In this document: positions 35,509 to 49,372 of the stretch, piece after piece
Layout: each line of letters begins with the position of its first letter
Numbering within the stretch: the stretch's first letter is position 1
DNA from: Camelus ferus
Lineage: Eukaryota
Length of the DNA stretch: 64,000 nt
Assembly: GCF_009834535.1 (NCBI RefSeq)
Contig: NC_045707.1
Coordinates: forward strand, 58,406,001 to 58,470,000
Direction: 5' to 3'
Position numbers and translations under genes: made by a program
Notes under the pieces: model-generated
The model's input: the letters and a program-made list of their open reading frames with translations, nothing else
Told to the model about the DNA's origin: nothing
The model's database searches: none

Positions 35509-36904
35509 TCAGGATCCCCATCTGCGGTCAATTTCTGGTACACACCCATACTCCAGCTTCACCAAGTTATTTGTCTTCCTGGAATACACAGTGTGTTTTT
35601 CTACCGCAATACTAATTTATACCAACTGTGGTTCAGTGGTATCCAGGATGCAATTAACCCACATTCGTTTTCTCCTTCCTTTGCATTTTGACTCAATGAT
35701 GCTTGACTCTAAATAGCTTCTCCCCTAGAAGGAGAAAAAAAAAGACTCCAGCAAGACAGCTGGAGGATGGGCAAACCCCAACCACGTCTCACAATCCTGT
35801 GGGTTTGTAATGTTCCGTGTCGTTGCCCACTGCATTCTCACTGGGGTGTGCTCCACGTGAGTCACTGTACAAGGCCCAGCCTAAATTGTAAACAAAAATG
35901 AGTGTTTGCCTTCCTTACATATATGGAAAAGAATCGTTAGGCTTGCAGAAAAAAGATAGTTGCGGTTCAATGTTTAAGTTTTGGTTTTGCTGGTGGAAGA
36001 TGAAGTTTATTTTGCTTTCTCCAATGTTTACTTGCATCTTGCTATTCAGGCATGCAGTTTTCTGAAGTTTTGTCCTTATGGTCTAATTGGGAATTCTCCT
36101 ATGGTGTTCAAACGATCTCTACTATTAACTCTTGATTTACTGATTGGTTTTTGGGCACAAAGAATTAAAAAGCTGCAGAGGTAAACGGCTACAGACTAAT
36201 ATATACAGCTCCCGAGCAAGGAAATAGACCGGTTCCATTCACAGAGAGCATGTGCCTAAGGTATGTGAAGTTCTCTACTTAGTGAACATCAGGAAATGGT
36301 ACCAACAGCTGTCTGGCTGGCATGCTGCGATCCGGCTACTTGCTGTACATCACCCTGGCTTCACTCTGGCACATCATCAGCTTTGAAAGGCGCAAAACTG
36401 TTTTCAGCTCAGTTGCAAATTTAGATAGGAGATATCCTATTTGGCATGAAAGATGTTGGGCACTCAGTGTGGTTTACAGACTACCTGAATTTAATTTGAG
36501 ACCCTCTGAATATTTTTACCTGCCACTCTGCTGAGACGAGAGCTTGATGGTCAACTCAAGGGAATGCCTGGGATGGGGAAGACTCATTAATCATCTACGA
36601 TGCATTGTCCTTCAAGCACAGAGCATGGTGGCTTCTTTTTTAAAAACTGGAGGAGCACATTGAGGTCCCTTACTGGAAGAGGTCAGGTGGCATCTTCACT
36701 GAGTACAACTTGGAATGGAAGGATACTTTCTTCTTTTATGTGCATGAGCATACATGACTTATCTGAGCATACATGACTTATCTGATAACCAGGGACTTGT
36801 GCCTTTCAGTCAGAAGTTAGCAGTTCCCAACTGGAATCCATGAACCCCTTTTTCTCCTGTCATATCTTTTTGGAATCATAAAGAAGGCTAAACCTAAGGC
36901 AAGG

Positions 36905-37575
36905 TGAGAATACTCCAATTCAATAGTAATCAAAGAAATTAAAAAAAAAAAAGGATGAGAATCCATGTTTTTGTCATCAAATTGGCAAAGACTTTAAAAA
37001 AATTACATAACACTCATCAGTCAAAGGGTACAGTCATATATGAGAATGGGAGGATAATGATGTAAAATGTTAACCATTTTTCTGAAGGGGAATCCAGCAT
37101 AGCAAAATATATGCATATCTTTGATCAGAAAATATGCCTTCTAAGATATATTTTGGATACAATTAAGGATATGAGCAAAGACTTAGTGACAAAGATACTA
37201 ATTGCAGTATGGTTTCTAATACAGGAAAAGTTGAAATGACGAAAGTGTTTACCAACTGGACGTTAGTTAAATAAACTATGGTATAATCATAAAGAAATGA
37301 TCTATAGTCATTTAAAACACTGTTGAAAAGATTATTGATGCAGAAAGATGTTCACAGTATTGTGTTGTTAGAAAAGCAGGTAAAAAATTAGCACACTTTG
37401 TATATTCCAACTTCATTATGAAAAGTATTTAGGTAACACGTGTGTATGAAGATAGGTACCAAAAAATTAACCCCACTTATTTCTGGGTGGTGAAATTTAA
37501 GGTTGTTTAAATTTTTTTCTAATTATCTGCATTTTCAAAATTTTTTATAATTTATGTGTATATATTTACATTAGT
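36905..37575 (+). mobile_element. Ancient L1ME-like 3' fragment
   Basis: catcaaattggcaaagactttaaaaa...gttaaataaactatggtata...atttctgggtggtgaaatt...ctgcattttcaaaatttttta. Confidence 0.75.
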
Positions 37576-37693
37576 GAAACATAAAAACTAATTCTAACTT
37601 AAATAAACCAATATGAATATGCATGAAGAACTAAGTTATTTGTGGCAATGACAGCAAGTCTAGGAGCCTGTGAATCTATGATTGATGGAGACT

Positions 37694-38140
37694 GTGTGTT
37701 GCCTACTCCAATGTCCACTTCACCCCTTTCTCTTAGTCTTAGCTCCCCAATTTTTAGCTGGGCACATCGCTAAACTAAAAGACGACATTTCCCAGCCTCC
37801 CTTGCAGGAAAGGTGGTCAAGACTAGATTCAGACCACTGAGATGTAAATGGAAGTACTATGTGGGGACTTTAAGAACCCCCACCGAAGGGCATGGGTTTA
37901 CTTTATTTCTCCCTTTTCCCTTCTCAGACAGATGTACTGGCTGCCCCACGGGTCCGTGACATGGAAGCTGTGTGTGCAGGACGGCAGAAGACAGAGGTAG
38001 AGGGTAGGTTCCTTGGGATGGACAGAGACCCCATGTCAGCTTTGGACTGTTTGCCTTCACACTGTTTCATATTATAGAAACATTCATTTCTGTTTCTTTT
38101 AAACTACTGTGATTTGGGGGTTTTCAGCTATTTGTAGCCA
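37694..38140 (+). mobile_element. ERVL-MaLR LTR (MLT1J/H-like)
   Basis: tttttagctgggcacat...acatttcccagcctcccttgcag...tgagatgtaaatggaagt...tttaaactactgtgatttgggggtttt. Confidence 0.75.
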
Positions 38141-41100
38141 TGGACTTAGTGTGTTTGTGGTTGTTTCTAACTGATCAGAACCCTTTAGTGAAGGGCTTCT
38201 TAGAATCGGTTGTCCAGAAAAAGAAAAGATTCGGAGCATCATAAAAAACCCCATGCTTTCACATGTATCTACACTAGCATATTGAGTTTCTGAAATTTCT
38301 AGATGACTTTCTCATTAGTGATTTCTCTTTTTTGGATGGAGCAGACAAGCCCATCTAGACACGATCTTAAATGTTGATCCAGCCAATACGGAGGCAGCAG
38401 CTGCCAAATGGAATTCTTAATGGTATAAAATTTAAACATTAAATGGATGTTAGTCGTGATGAAAATAATGCCATTTTTACACCCATGCAAATGTGCCTTG
38501 TTAAAGTATAGAGGCTTTGAATGATTACATTTAGGATAAAGGAGCCTATTACTAAAGGCAAGTTCATCATCCGGGATGTAGTGTTACAGGAATTTTTACC
38601 AAATGAGTATTTCTGTGAAATAACTCATGGCTTTGAGAGAAAAATTGTATCGAACTCTGGAGCAATCAATACACGGATTCTTTAGCATTCAGTCATATGG
38701 CTACAAAAGTTAAGAGGAGCAGTCAAGTTTGTATCATGAATGGACTGCACGAAACATTTTACTCTCTTTTGGGGACATGCAACTAATTTTCTCAGATTTC
38801 ATCGTTAGCTAATTTAGAGAGTAGCGTGATTGCGTGCTTCAAAGATTTAAATCTTGATGATGACGAAAAGTTTATTTTGTTAGCACTGCTTCTGTAAGAA
38901 AACACTTGGGCATTTCAAAATGACATTTAAAATGACGTGACAATACAGGCAACTAAAAACCACAACATTAATTTCTTCCACCCCACCACTGAAGACATTA
39001 TTAGAAATGACAGTGGCCAGAGTAAAAGAAAGAAAAAAAAAGGGAAAAACATGTATTTACAGAGAGACATCCCCTTTTTCTTTATTTTAGCTTTCCCTTT
39101 ATCAATGCAAATGGTCTTGTTTTCATCTCTGTAGGAGTCTTTCCTCCCTGCATTCCACAAGCCCAGAGAAACTCGCTGGAACTCTTACAAAACCCTCTCT
39201 TGCTACCATATTAGGAATCAAAATGTGTAGCAGAAAACCACTGCCAAGTCGAGATAATCAACGGGGAATGTCTGTGCCTTCAAGCCAAATGAGTGCAGAA
39301 AAATGATCAAGGCGGCAAAATGAATAATAAAACTGAGGACTGGCTTTAGATGATGGTCTTTAGATTACACCCTACTCACTAGTGCAGCTGGGCTGGGAAT
39401 GCATGTACCTCTTGGCCACTCAGGTACCAGAGGCTAGTTGGGTCTAATTTTACTGTGGAGATAATTCTCTCTTAGTCACAAGTGGAGCAAAGGGAAATAA
39501 TATATCTCTGCCTTATTACCTACATTAAAAATTGTTATGGTCGCCGGCCTCATAAATATTCTACCTCCTAACCCCAAACTGATTCTGCGATACTTCAAGT
39601 ATTAGATTTTCTTTTTTCCAACTTTTGCAAAGGGCCTGGAAGTATCTGGAAGTTACCAGAAAACCTGCTGGCTATTTTCACTCCAAGTGAAACTGGTTAT
39701 AAGATTAGTTACATTTGCTTAATTTATGCACAGCCCTTGATCCAGCACGTATTTGAGTAGAAATAAATTTTTAATTAATACATGTGGCAAAACGAATAGA
39801 TGACTCAAACCACAACACAGTGGTTCTGGAATCCTCACAAGGGGTGCGATGGGGATTATATGGTGAAGGCTGAGCAATTACCTAGTGAATTAAACAGACT
39901 ATTGTGGAACTAGCTGCCTGCTTTATTAAGACAGTAAATGATAACACCTGAGAATGTAATGCAGTCACGATGAATAATTTGACCTTGCAGCTGCGTTTCG
40001 TAAGTCTTAAAGGAGTCAGAGGTAAGAAATGAGGAGACTGGAGAACAGAAGGTTTCATAAATCAAGAACAACAGATGCCAAGAGCCTGGGTGAGAGTGTA
40101 ATTGTAGACTCTGGATGAAGCAAAGAATTCAGAGCTATTACAGTGTAATTTGTGTACCATGACTCTCTAGGAAATTGTAATTATGCAAAATAATAGACCC
40201 ATGGTCAAAGTGCTTCTGGCCATCTTACCTGGGTGACAAAAAAGATAACAAAGGGAAAAAAAAAGAGGTCTAGGACCTTTGGAGGTGCAGGGACGAGCCA
40301 ACAAAAAAGCCTTCCTCGTGTGTTTGTCGCATGTCAGAGTTTACAAGGTTTTCCTGGATCTTAGCGTATTTGACCCTTCGTGAAGTCTGTGAGGAAGGCC
40401 TCTTTACCCCCGTCACCCATGGTTGGGTCACTCTGCCTGGAGTCTCAGCAAGATGGTGCACTAGGTCTCCCGTCCTTGCTCTCCGCAAAACTCTCACTAG
40501 CGCCAGCCTACGCGGGGGCACCTGGTTCTCTGCGGGCTCCTCCTTTCCTTTGCAGGTGAGTAGCAGCTCCCACCTTGCTCTTTTGTTCAGCCTTCCATTT
40601 GACAAATTTTTAGTTCTTCAACAGTTTTGGGAACTCCACAACTCGGCGTTGGCGAGGCAAAACTACGCCCAGAATGGACAAACAACAGGCAGGAATTGCC
40701 CTTTGTTAGAACTACTGGAGAAGGGACCCCAATACCTTGGCCACTACTGCCACCTCCTGTTCAGACTGGCTCACCCAGAGCTGCCTTTACATACATGTGC
40801 TGTAAGTTCGCGTGTAATACCCGAGCCGAACTGATTCCAGGGGAGAGTCAGGGATATTCCCCCGTACATTTGAGCTCCCCTATTCAACTCGTTCTGGAAG
40901 CAACATCTTTGGGTGGTGGCCAGTGCTAGAAGGTAATGTCAATGGGATTTAGAAAGCGAAGACTATTGTTTGCAGGAGGAGGAGCTGGGAAGAGGAGGTC
41001 TCTGCGAGGTGGCCATGTGGCCGAAGACGGAGGGGAGGAGGACAGCCACGTGCACCTACTCTGAGTGTCCCGCCTGACCCGCCGCTCTGAAACAGAGAGC

Positions 41101-43057
41101 GCTGTGTGGTCCACGTACGAGAGAACTAACGGAACACAGAAAAGCTGACCCTCTTCTGATTTCAGGACAAGAGCCTTGATGTATCCGAGTCACAGATGTG
41201 TGGCAGACACAGCCACCTGCAAGTGAGGCCAAGAACTGGGATGGCAGCGGGACACAGAGAAGATTCCGGATCTTCCTGGAGTTTAGTATGTGCGCTTCTG
41301 AGAATGTGGCCATCAGAGCCTCCCGACGGTTCAGCAAATTCGGATAACTGTGCCAGGGTTCAAATTTGTCTTTCTTTTACGGCTTCCTGACTAATGATGG
41401 GGAGGCAACTCTAGGGAGCAGCTGGGTAACGGGGCTGGGGGAGGGGAAGTGGGCCAGGGAGGTGGCAGTCCCGCCACCTGGTGCTACAGAGTCACGATAG
41501 GTGACAGAGCCCTACCTGTCTCATCACCCAGGCCCGTAACATACATGTGGGACGGCCTCTTTTCTTCTAAAAGCCAGGAGAAGCTACTGTTACGAGCCTG
41601 TTTTCCCTTCAAGATAGTTTCTGGTGCTAAGTTTAAGTTGATTTCACTTATTAATGGGAGAGGCCCACACAGTATGGTTAGTCACAGGTAACAGACCACC
41701 CCAGGGGGAGTTCTGGTGACAAACCCAGAGTGAGTCACGGAGGAGTGAAAAAAGAATATGGATTACCTCGCCAGCTATTTCTCTAGAACACTGGCTTCCA
41801 GCCATGGGACTGAACTTTTTCTCGTGGCACCAGGCAAACGTCAACTTCTCAATCAATGGTAATTGATAAGATATTGATCATTGACCAATAATATAATTGC
41901 TCATTGTGAAAATGCTCTCTATTCCATCTGGACACAGTCAAACACTGCAACTTGCAAGTCATTCTGAAGGTCACTTGGCTCTGAAGTCATTCGGAAGGTC
42001 CTGCCCAAGTGGGTTAAGCTCGCAGTTGTGATTCTGTGACAGAATTTCGCAGAGAAGGTGTATCTAGGTCCAAGTTCAATCAAAAGGGCCACTGGCACAA
42101 TCTTTTTCTTGATAGCCAACATAAAAAAAATTAGGCTCCCCCCAAAATACTCCTTTTCCCCAAAGCCCTGGGAAATTGTTGCCCTATAAATTACACAACT
42201 GTGATTATGTGCTGGATTTCATTGTGCTCTACAGGGCGGTCCCACAGCTCAGGTTCTGAGGACTGTCTGTGCTGGGCGAGGTGGGGATGTTTCCTGGGCA
42301 GAAGCTTTCCCCCTTCAGGGGCAGGTACCTGACCACCAGGTAGCATCCATGCCTCAGATGACACTGGCTTTTCCAGATAAGTTGGTTATTTGTGTCCTCA
42401 TTTGTAGATCTGACCATCTGCTGAGGCTTGGAAGTAATTCACAGGTGAATTCAACATTTTTCCTCCTGTTGCTGTGGTGTGGCCACTCAAAGGGCCTGGT
42501 GAGAGGCATGGCCAGAGGTTTACTGCCCAGTGTATTCGGAGAGGCTAATGTTGTGAGGGTGTCGAGGGCATCTGGGGCCCCGGGGTAGCATAGTATAAAT
42601 TCGGCTTCTGCTCAAAAGTGACCACTTAACAGCTCGGTTTCTAGAGTTTCGTTTTTAAGAAGGCAAGTAGAATGAATTTTACTAAGCTCAACCTTTATAA
42701 TTTAGCCTGCCATTCCTAGGAATTGCATTAGGTAATTGTGGCCTCCAACCAGACAGAGAGCAATTAGACTGCCCTGGTATTTGGTAAACTAGCTTTATTG
42801 GGTCCCCACAGTCATGCTTTCCCCCTGTGAAACCTATACTCAGAGGCCAAGCCCCTTTGCAGTTTCTCATCATGCTTATCCTTGGAGCTCTGGCTTCAGT
42901 TCCAGTTTATAAGAGTAAAATGGATTCCAAGGCCCATTTATTAAAATATGACTCAGCTTAATACATTTAAAGAAAACCCACAGATTAAACAACGCTGACA
43001 CCCACGTCGGCTGGAAAATCTCGCAGGCGGCATTGTTCTTGTAGTCAAGAAACTTCT

Positions 43058-43242
43058 GAGATGTTCTTGAACTTTCACCTTCATCGGAATCACCTGGAGG
43101 GCTCGTTAAACCTAGCTGCTGCGCCCCACTCACAGATGCGGTCGATCTCGGGTGGGGAGGTGGTCTGAGAAGCTCCATTTCTAATAACTTTCAGGTGGTG
43201 TTCATGCCGCGGGGCCTCCAACCGCACTTTGAGAATTTGCTG
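43058..43242 (+). mobile_element. MER5A (hAT-Charlie)
   Basis: catcggaatcacctggagggctcgttaaac...catttctaataac...accgcactttgagaa. Confidence 0.85.
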
Positions 43243-43323
43243 CTCCAAGAAGCACACGTTTTACCAGCCTCTCCCCACCTCTTTTTTCTTAATCTCTAGA
43301 CCATGATGACACTCGTTGAGGCC

Positions 43324-43692
43324 TGTGATGGGCTGAATTCTGTCCCCCTAATTCATACGTTGAAGACCTAACCCCCAGGAATGTGACTGTGTTCGGTGGC
43401 AGGGCCTTTAAATAGGTAATTAAGTTAAAGTGAGGTCACGGGGTGGTGGGGGTGGGCTTCAACCAATGGGAGGTCCTCACAGAAAAGGGCCGACCCTTCC
43501 CGAGGAGGGGCGTTCTCCCAGCAGACTGCCTTCGGATTCCAGCCGGGACGTCAGCGCTGCCCTCGGTCTCCAGCCTCCCACCTCCCCTGCCAACCTCTAC
43601 AGAACCGTGAGTCCGTTCCTTCAGTTTTCTCTCCCTCTTTACACACACGTATCCCTCCTGTTGGTTTTGTCCCTCTGGAGACTCCTACGAGG
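43324..43692 (+). mobile_element. LTR with MLT1B-like 5' part and MLT2-like 3' part
   Basis: 5' tgtgatgggctgaattctgtcccc...taattaagttaaagtgaggtca; 3' cagactgccttcgga...ggtctccagcct...tcctgttggttttgtccctctggaga. Confidence 0.65.
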
Positions 43693-46668
43693 TCTCATTG
43701 CCACTCAGGTTCTGGCTGAAGCCTGAGGAGAAGCCTTTCCTTAGCAATACTTTCCAGTCAGTAAAAGCACTGGGAAAACGGCACGTACTGGCTTTTCTCA
43801 TCATACACTACCCCTCACTTAATGCCTTTTCTTATCATTTACGCGGATATATTGAATATTCACGGTATAAGGGGCTGCTCTGTGCCCAGGAAGAGACCCT
43901 CACCTGCTCTTCGTCCCGGGGACCATGCTTTAAATCACTTTTTAAATTGTCTTGTTTGTGGTCAACGTCGTAACAAAACGGTCTCCCAAGTAGGTAACTG
44001 TTCACTGGGACTGCGGTTTAACCAAAGCTAATTCCGGCCTTTAATATGAGGGGGGAGTCACGTGGAGTTTCGTTGGCGTATTTTGAACACTTCACAAATG
44101 TGTCAGTGTGAGTGGATGTGGTGTCTTATTATCTGCATTTTGAATTTTCTCGAAGTCCTGCCTCACACACTGAGGATTTAATGAGCGTTCACAAAGATCT
44201 TTACATCAAAACAGCTCTTGGGGAGCCGTAAGCTTTCCTGAGCTTACTCTTTTCATGTTGTTGCAGTTTTTTCCCTGCCTCCAGCATCAACGTGATTGAA
44301 GGTAGGGGGCTATTGAGGTTTGTAGCATCGAGGGCGCACCTGTGGAAACCCGCCCTGTGAAGGTGCCCTATCCAAGAGGGGGCCGTTCTCGGGGCTGCCT
44401 TGTTTCAAGTTGGCTTTATGAACAGAAATGAGAGCTTTCAGAATGGATCAATCCTAGATAACCGCAGTTTAAAAAAAAACAAAACAAAACCTGGGTTTGA
44501 AATAAGATGAGATCTTATCTCCGGGAGCTGGAAACCTTGGCGTTGCGTTCGGGCTGGAGGGAGAATCACACGTGTTGAGACAGCAGCACCTACTGGCCAA
44601 GTGGGAGACAGCAGCTCCAGAAGGGAGTCTGGGCTGAGCGCCCTGGAAGCTTTTTCAGGGGAGGAATTCCTAGGGTCTGAGCTTGCGAGGGGTTGAGGGC
44701 AGATTGACTCAACCTTGGAGGGTCGACTGCAGTGTCAGAAGGTTCTGTGAAGGGCCCCACGGTTCTCAAAGTGCTAAAGCCTCCATTCTGCGAACAGCGT
44801 TGTTTGGGAAACCCCAGAGATACTCCGCCTTCTCTTTCTTCCTAAAAAGTTTGAGATTGAGTTATTATTTTTAATCTCTCTTGCATGCGGTTATCTCCTC
44901 TTGGTCCATGAAATAAACCGGAAAGTAAAATTCTTTTTACAGATATCAGCTAGCCAACAGGAGGATTCAGAAAAGAGAGTTATTCCGAAGTAGAAGTAAC
45001 AAGCTTGGCTTTTTGTCCCATGCTGGATCATCCTGGGGTTTCTCTTACTAGCTTCATGAATGCTAAGCGAAAATGTTACCGGGATATATAGCACGTTCTT
45101 TATGTGTGGTATATAGAAACGCTAATAGCTGACGTCTAGTTAATAATGTTCGTTTAAGCTAACCACCAGGTTCCTATTTGCATATGTTTTGACTTTGTGA
45201 AGCATTTTGATACATATCATACTAACAATAAAAAGTCGATTAGCCAGGCAGCTTTAGGTCCATCTTCCAGATGGGGTAACAGACACAAGGAACTGAAGAG
45301 GTTGATTGAAGGTCACGTTGTTGGTTAGAGCTGGCCGCCAGATGACATGTCCCTCATGGCTACAGTCGTGCTTCTTAAACTATACATGGGTTATTGTGAT
45401 ACTGTCTAAAGGGGTGAATGAAAATATAATGAAGATATTTGCACTTTTGGATGAAGACGGTAAGTTCTTCTAGGTTCACGCATGGACTTCATGGAAACTG
45501 AATACACTACTACGTCCTATGGATATACAGCAACAGCACAGATGACAAGGCGGTAAGAAGAGTGAACAAAGTAGCACTTGCCTTTCAGCAATGTGCCCTG
45601 GGTCTAAAACTTCGTATCAAACATTGCGTGGTGGCGTCTGCAGTGCTCTGTCAGATGGTGTGGTTACTTGGGTGTAAGCCGTTTAGCCAGAGGTGATGGA
45701 GGTGGCCACGAAGTTCTAGAGTTCTGACTTCCTGGCCCGCTCCACCTTCTTGTAAGCAGCCATCAGTCCATCCTGTGGTGTTTCTCTGCTTACTGAAAAC
45801 CCTGCCAAGCCTCCTGGGCATCTTCATTCTCATACTGTGCCTAGTACACTCTGTACAAATACAGTTGACAAGGAGATGAATGTAATGACACGTAGGGCCA
45901 GAAGTTCTGGAAGGGTGGAAAGGAAGTTTGTTTTGCAGGCAGGAGGAGAGAAGCTCTCTTGTGTGCTGCGTGCATCAGGCTTGCTTCCCTACAAGTTGTC
46001 ATGGGATTCAATCAACAATAGCTGGGAGAAGTGTTTTTTTTTTTAAGTTACTGATTTTATTACAAGCTAAAAGGTAGCTTCTGAAGGAAACGATGATTAT
46101 ATTCTGATATTCAGTGAGATCATTGTAATTTATCTGAAATTACAGAAATGCAAACTGAAAATGCAAACTGCAAGTACAGAACATATATGTATATAAATTT
46201 TTTACCTGAAAATATGGAAAATGCATGTAAAAACTTGTACATGGGTGTTCATGTTTTGACGGAGAAATCGTGGCTTAGCTGGGTAACTAGCCTCAGGTCC
46301 TCATGCCCGCTTCTCGCTGTGACATCACACGATGTCTGTAAACATTAAGGATGGTCAGGCAAGGGGAATGAGAGTAGAGTGGGGAGTCTGAACTCGGTGG
46401 AGTATGACCAGTGTATTTGAAGAAGTCAGACCCAGAAATAGGAGAAAAGATGGAGGATGAGGTATGACCTAGTGACCTTGGCTTTAGAGAGAAAGGGACT
46501 CAGATAAGCTCTGCTTTCATTCAGGTCACTGGTTTGTCCAGCAGAGCTGCACATGAGTGTGGTGAGAGATAAAGCTTCTCTTAAAAGGCACTGTTCTTCC
46601 AGATATAATGGATTTAAATTAAATTTTATTCCTCAAGAAGAGCAGAGGAAGGGCACCTAGCTTTATTC

Positions 46669-46819
46669 CATTGGTTCTCATTACCAGTAACCCCTGGAGG
46701 CTTGGGGGAAATGCAAACTCTTGAGCTCCCCTCCAGATCTCTGTAAGTGGGACCCGCAGTCTGCATTTTAACCACACCTCCAGATGGTTCTGAATTACAC
46801 CGAAGTACGAAAGCCACTT
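46669..46819 (-). mobile_element. MER5A-like DNA transposon remnant
   Basis: cattggttctca...gaaatgcaaactcttgagctcc...gtctgcattttaacc...ctccagatggttctga. Confidence 0.65.
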
Positions 46820-49129
46820 CTTCATAATATCCACTACATGAGAATTTTAGTCTTTCCTCATCTATGTATAGAAAAGATGCCTTTAAAAACAAATCCATCA
46901 GCAATCATCAAATGTGCTTGATAAGACTTAATCGGCTTTTCTCTCTGGATACCTGAGGGAAGATGAGATAAATGTAGTAATAACTAGATGGTTCCTAGTA
47001 TAAATAAAGCCCATGACTGTTTTATTTATTTTTCTTCCTTTTGGCAATATATTTAAAAGCACTTTAATTCTAGGGAAAATAAACTTCTGAATAAGAACAT
47101 CACATCTGAAGTTCTACATATCTTTTATCATATTTTCTTTGAAATTATCTCCTGAAGACAGTGACTGACATTTTAAAAGGCCAAAAAATAATTATTCAAA
47201 TTACCACAGATCACTTGTTTACAATGTCCTATGACAATACTTACTCTAAAATAACAATATCAAAAGCCCTCCTAAAACTTGAAAAGATCAAAGGATGGAT
47301 CAACATTGCTTCTCATTTTTGCACTATCCCAATCCCCTAAGGAAAGACATGTCTTTGAAATAACAGGGTTCTAAGATTGCAGGATTTCAAAGGAGACCAA
47401 ACACGGCAATGTTGGACCGTGTATCAATGTTGCCAACATGACTAATTAAGAAGGCAGGAATACAGAGAAGGGTTCCCGAAATTACGTGCTTTATTTAATC
47501 AGTCATCAAGCTAGACAGTGGTTTGGAGAGAGATCACCTAGCAGGGCTGTGACAAAAATATTAAGGGAATCGTGAACCAGAAAACATTGTTTTTGGCTCC
47601 CAGTGTCAAGTTCTCCCTTCCGTCTGAGCTCCATTGTTTATAAAACACCCATTCCATATACTTAAGACACCTTGTCTTCTTGAACTGGTACTTCAGATGA
47701 GGCCTCCCAGAAAACTTTTCCTCATCAACAAACCCTGTCTGTGTGTTGATACATGTCGGTTGCTGACAAAACTTTATATATGTTGATTTATATACATCAA
47801 CTCTGATTCACATTTTAAAATCTACTGTATTTTCTTCTTGGCTGCTGGGGTAGGGGGACCACATTCCACTAAATGTTCTTGTTCAGCAGATATTTACTGA
47901 CTTCCTATCACATATTTTCCACCATAATAGGCATTAAGACACGTGTCACAGGTAATACCTGGTCCCTGTCATCAGGAAAATTAAGGTGGCTGACAATACA
48001 AAGCCAGGGTAAGTTAAGAAATAGGGCCAGAACAACATTGTAAAATGATTATAAATCAATAAAAAAGTTGAAAAAAATAGGGCTGGAATATAATAATTCA
48101 AAAGATTTAAGGCAGTACTTGCTGAAAAGCCACATCAGTTATTAAATACAAGATAGTGATTACCATGAACTCAGAGCACAGTGTTCTATCCACCTAAAGT
48201 GTGAAATTCCTTTAATAGCATTTGAACAGATTTCCCCTCATAGTTCAGAGGAGCTGTGTTGTAGTATGGCCCTCCTACCCCCACGTTCTCCTCCTCAGTG
48301 GATCAGACCGACCTTGCTTACTGAAATGTAATAAATGACAAATGGAATGTAACTGACAGTAACAGAAAAAGTACTTCATATTTAGAAATTAATTTAACTA
48401 GAAGGTCTAGTTTCAGCTTTAAACAGAAATCCAGAATCTAATGTTTGTAGTGTTAACATAACCTCATTCCATAAGACTAAAAATTCACCAAGATGTTTGG
48501 AAACACAAAAACGTCAGGTTTCAGTTCTACGTAGTAATAGAGAATGGCCAGTTGCTGGTGGGAAACACAGAGTAAGCTTTTCTTGGTTGGAAGCTGTGAG
48601 GATTAGAACATCACATACCCTTCGAGAAAGCAACTATCCTGATGTATTTTTCTATTAATCACCCCCCACCCCACCTCATTTTTAAGACTTGTAGTATGGA
48701 ATTTTTGACCTAGAAGAATGATGAAGAAAAATCATTACTTGTGACATTTAGAGAATCAGAATCTTTCCAGTACGAAGCCACCATGCACTTTGCTGCAATG
48801 GGGGGCTGCCTCCAGTTTTGACCACCCCCTCCCCAGAGCATCTTCTAGACAGTGACCAGAGTGACATTCCAACGTGCAGGCAGATCTCCTCATTGTCATC
48901 TTTTCGTTTAAAACCCCAGTGCAGCTGAATGCAAGCAAATACCTTTCCAAGGCCTCTGGGCTCCTGCAAAGAGCTGGCCTCTGCTCGCCTCTCAGGCCTA
49001 ACTCCCTACACGCCCCAGTGGTGCACTGGGATCTGGCCGCGCCAGCCTTCCAGACAGTCCTCAGACATAGACCGCTTCTTCTCATCTCATGAGCTTGGTA
49101 CTTTTTTTGTTGCTTAAAAAACTTTCCTC

Positions 49130-49372
49130 CAGGTTTTCAAATGTTTCTGCTCACCAGAGCTGTCAACCCTCTGTATTCACCCCCTACGCTATTCTGTTGG
49201 TATTCTTCATAGCACCTATGAATACTTCAAATTGTTTTACTTTTTTAATTCTCATTTTCTCTCCCCACTAGAATGTAAGTTCCTTAAGGGCAAACTACCA
49301 TGTTAACTTCTCTGTTCCTAGTATCTCTATGGTAGTGCCTGGCACTAAATAAATGCTCAATAAATATTTGTC
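49130..49372 (+). mobile_element. L2 LINE 3' end
   Basis: ctccccactagaatgtaagttccttaagggca...gtgcctggcac...tgctcaataaatatttg. Confidence 0.8.

Noticed and set aside
40331..40834. 167-aa plus-strand ORF
   Set aside because: No recognisable domain or homology and no supporting gene structure; expected by chance in a GC-richer patch.
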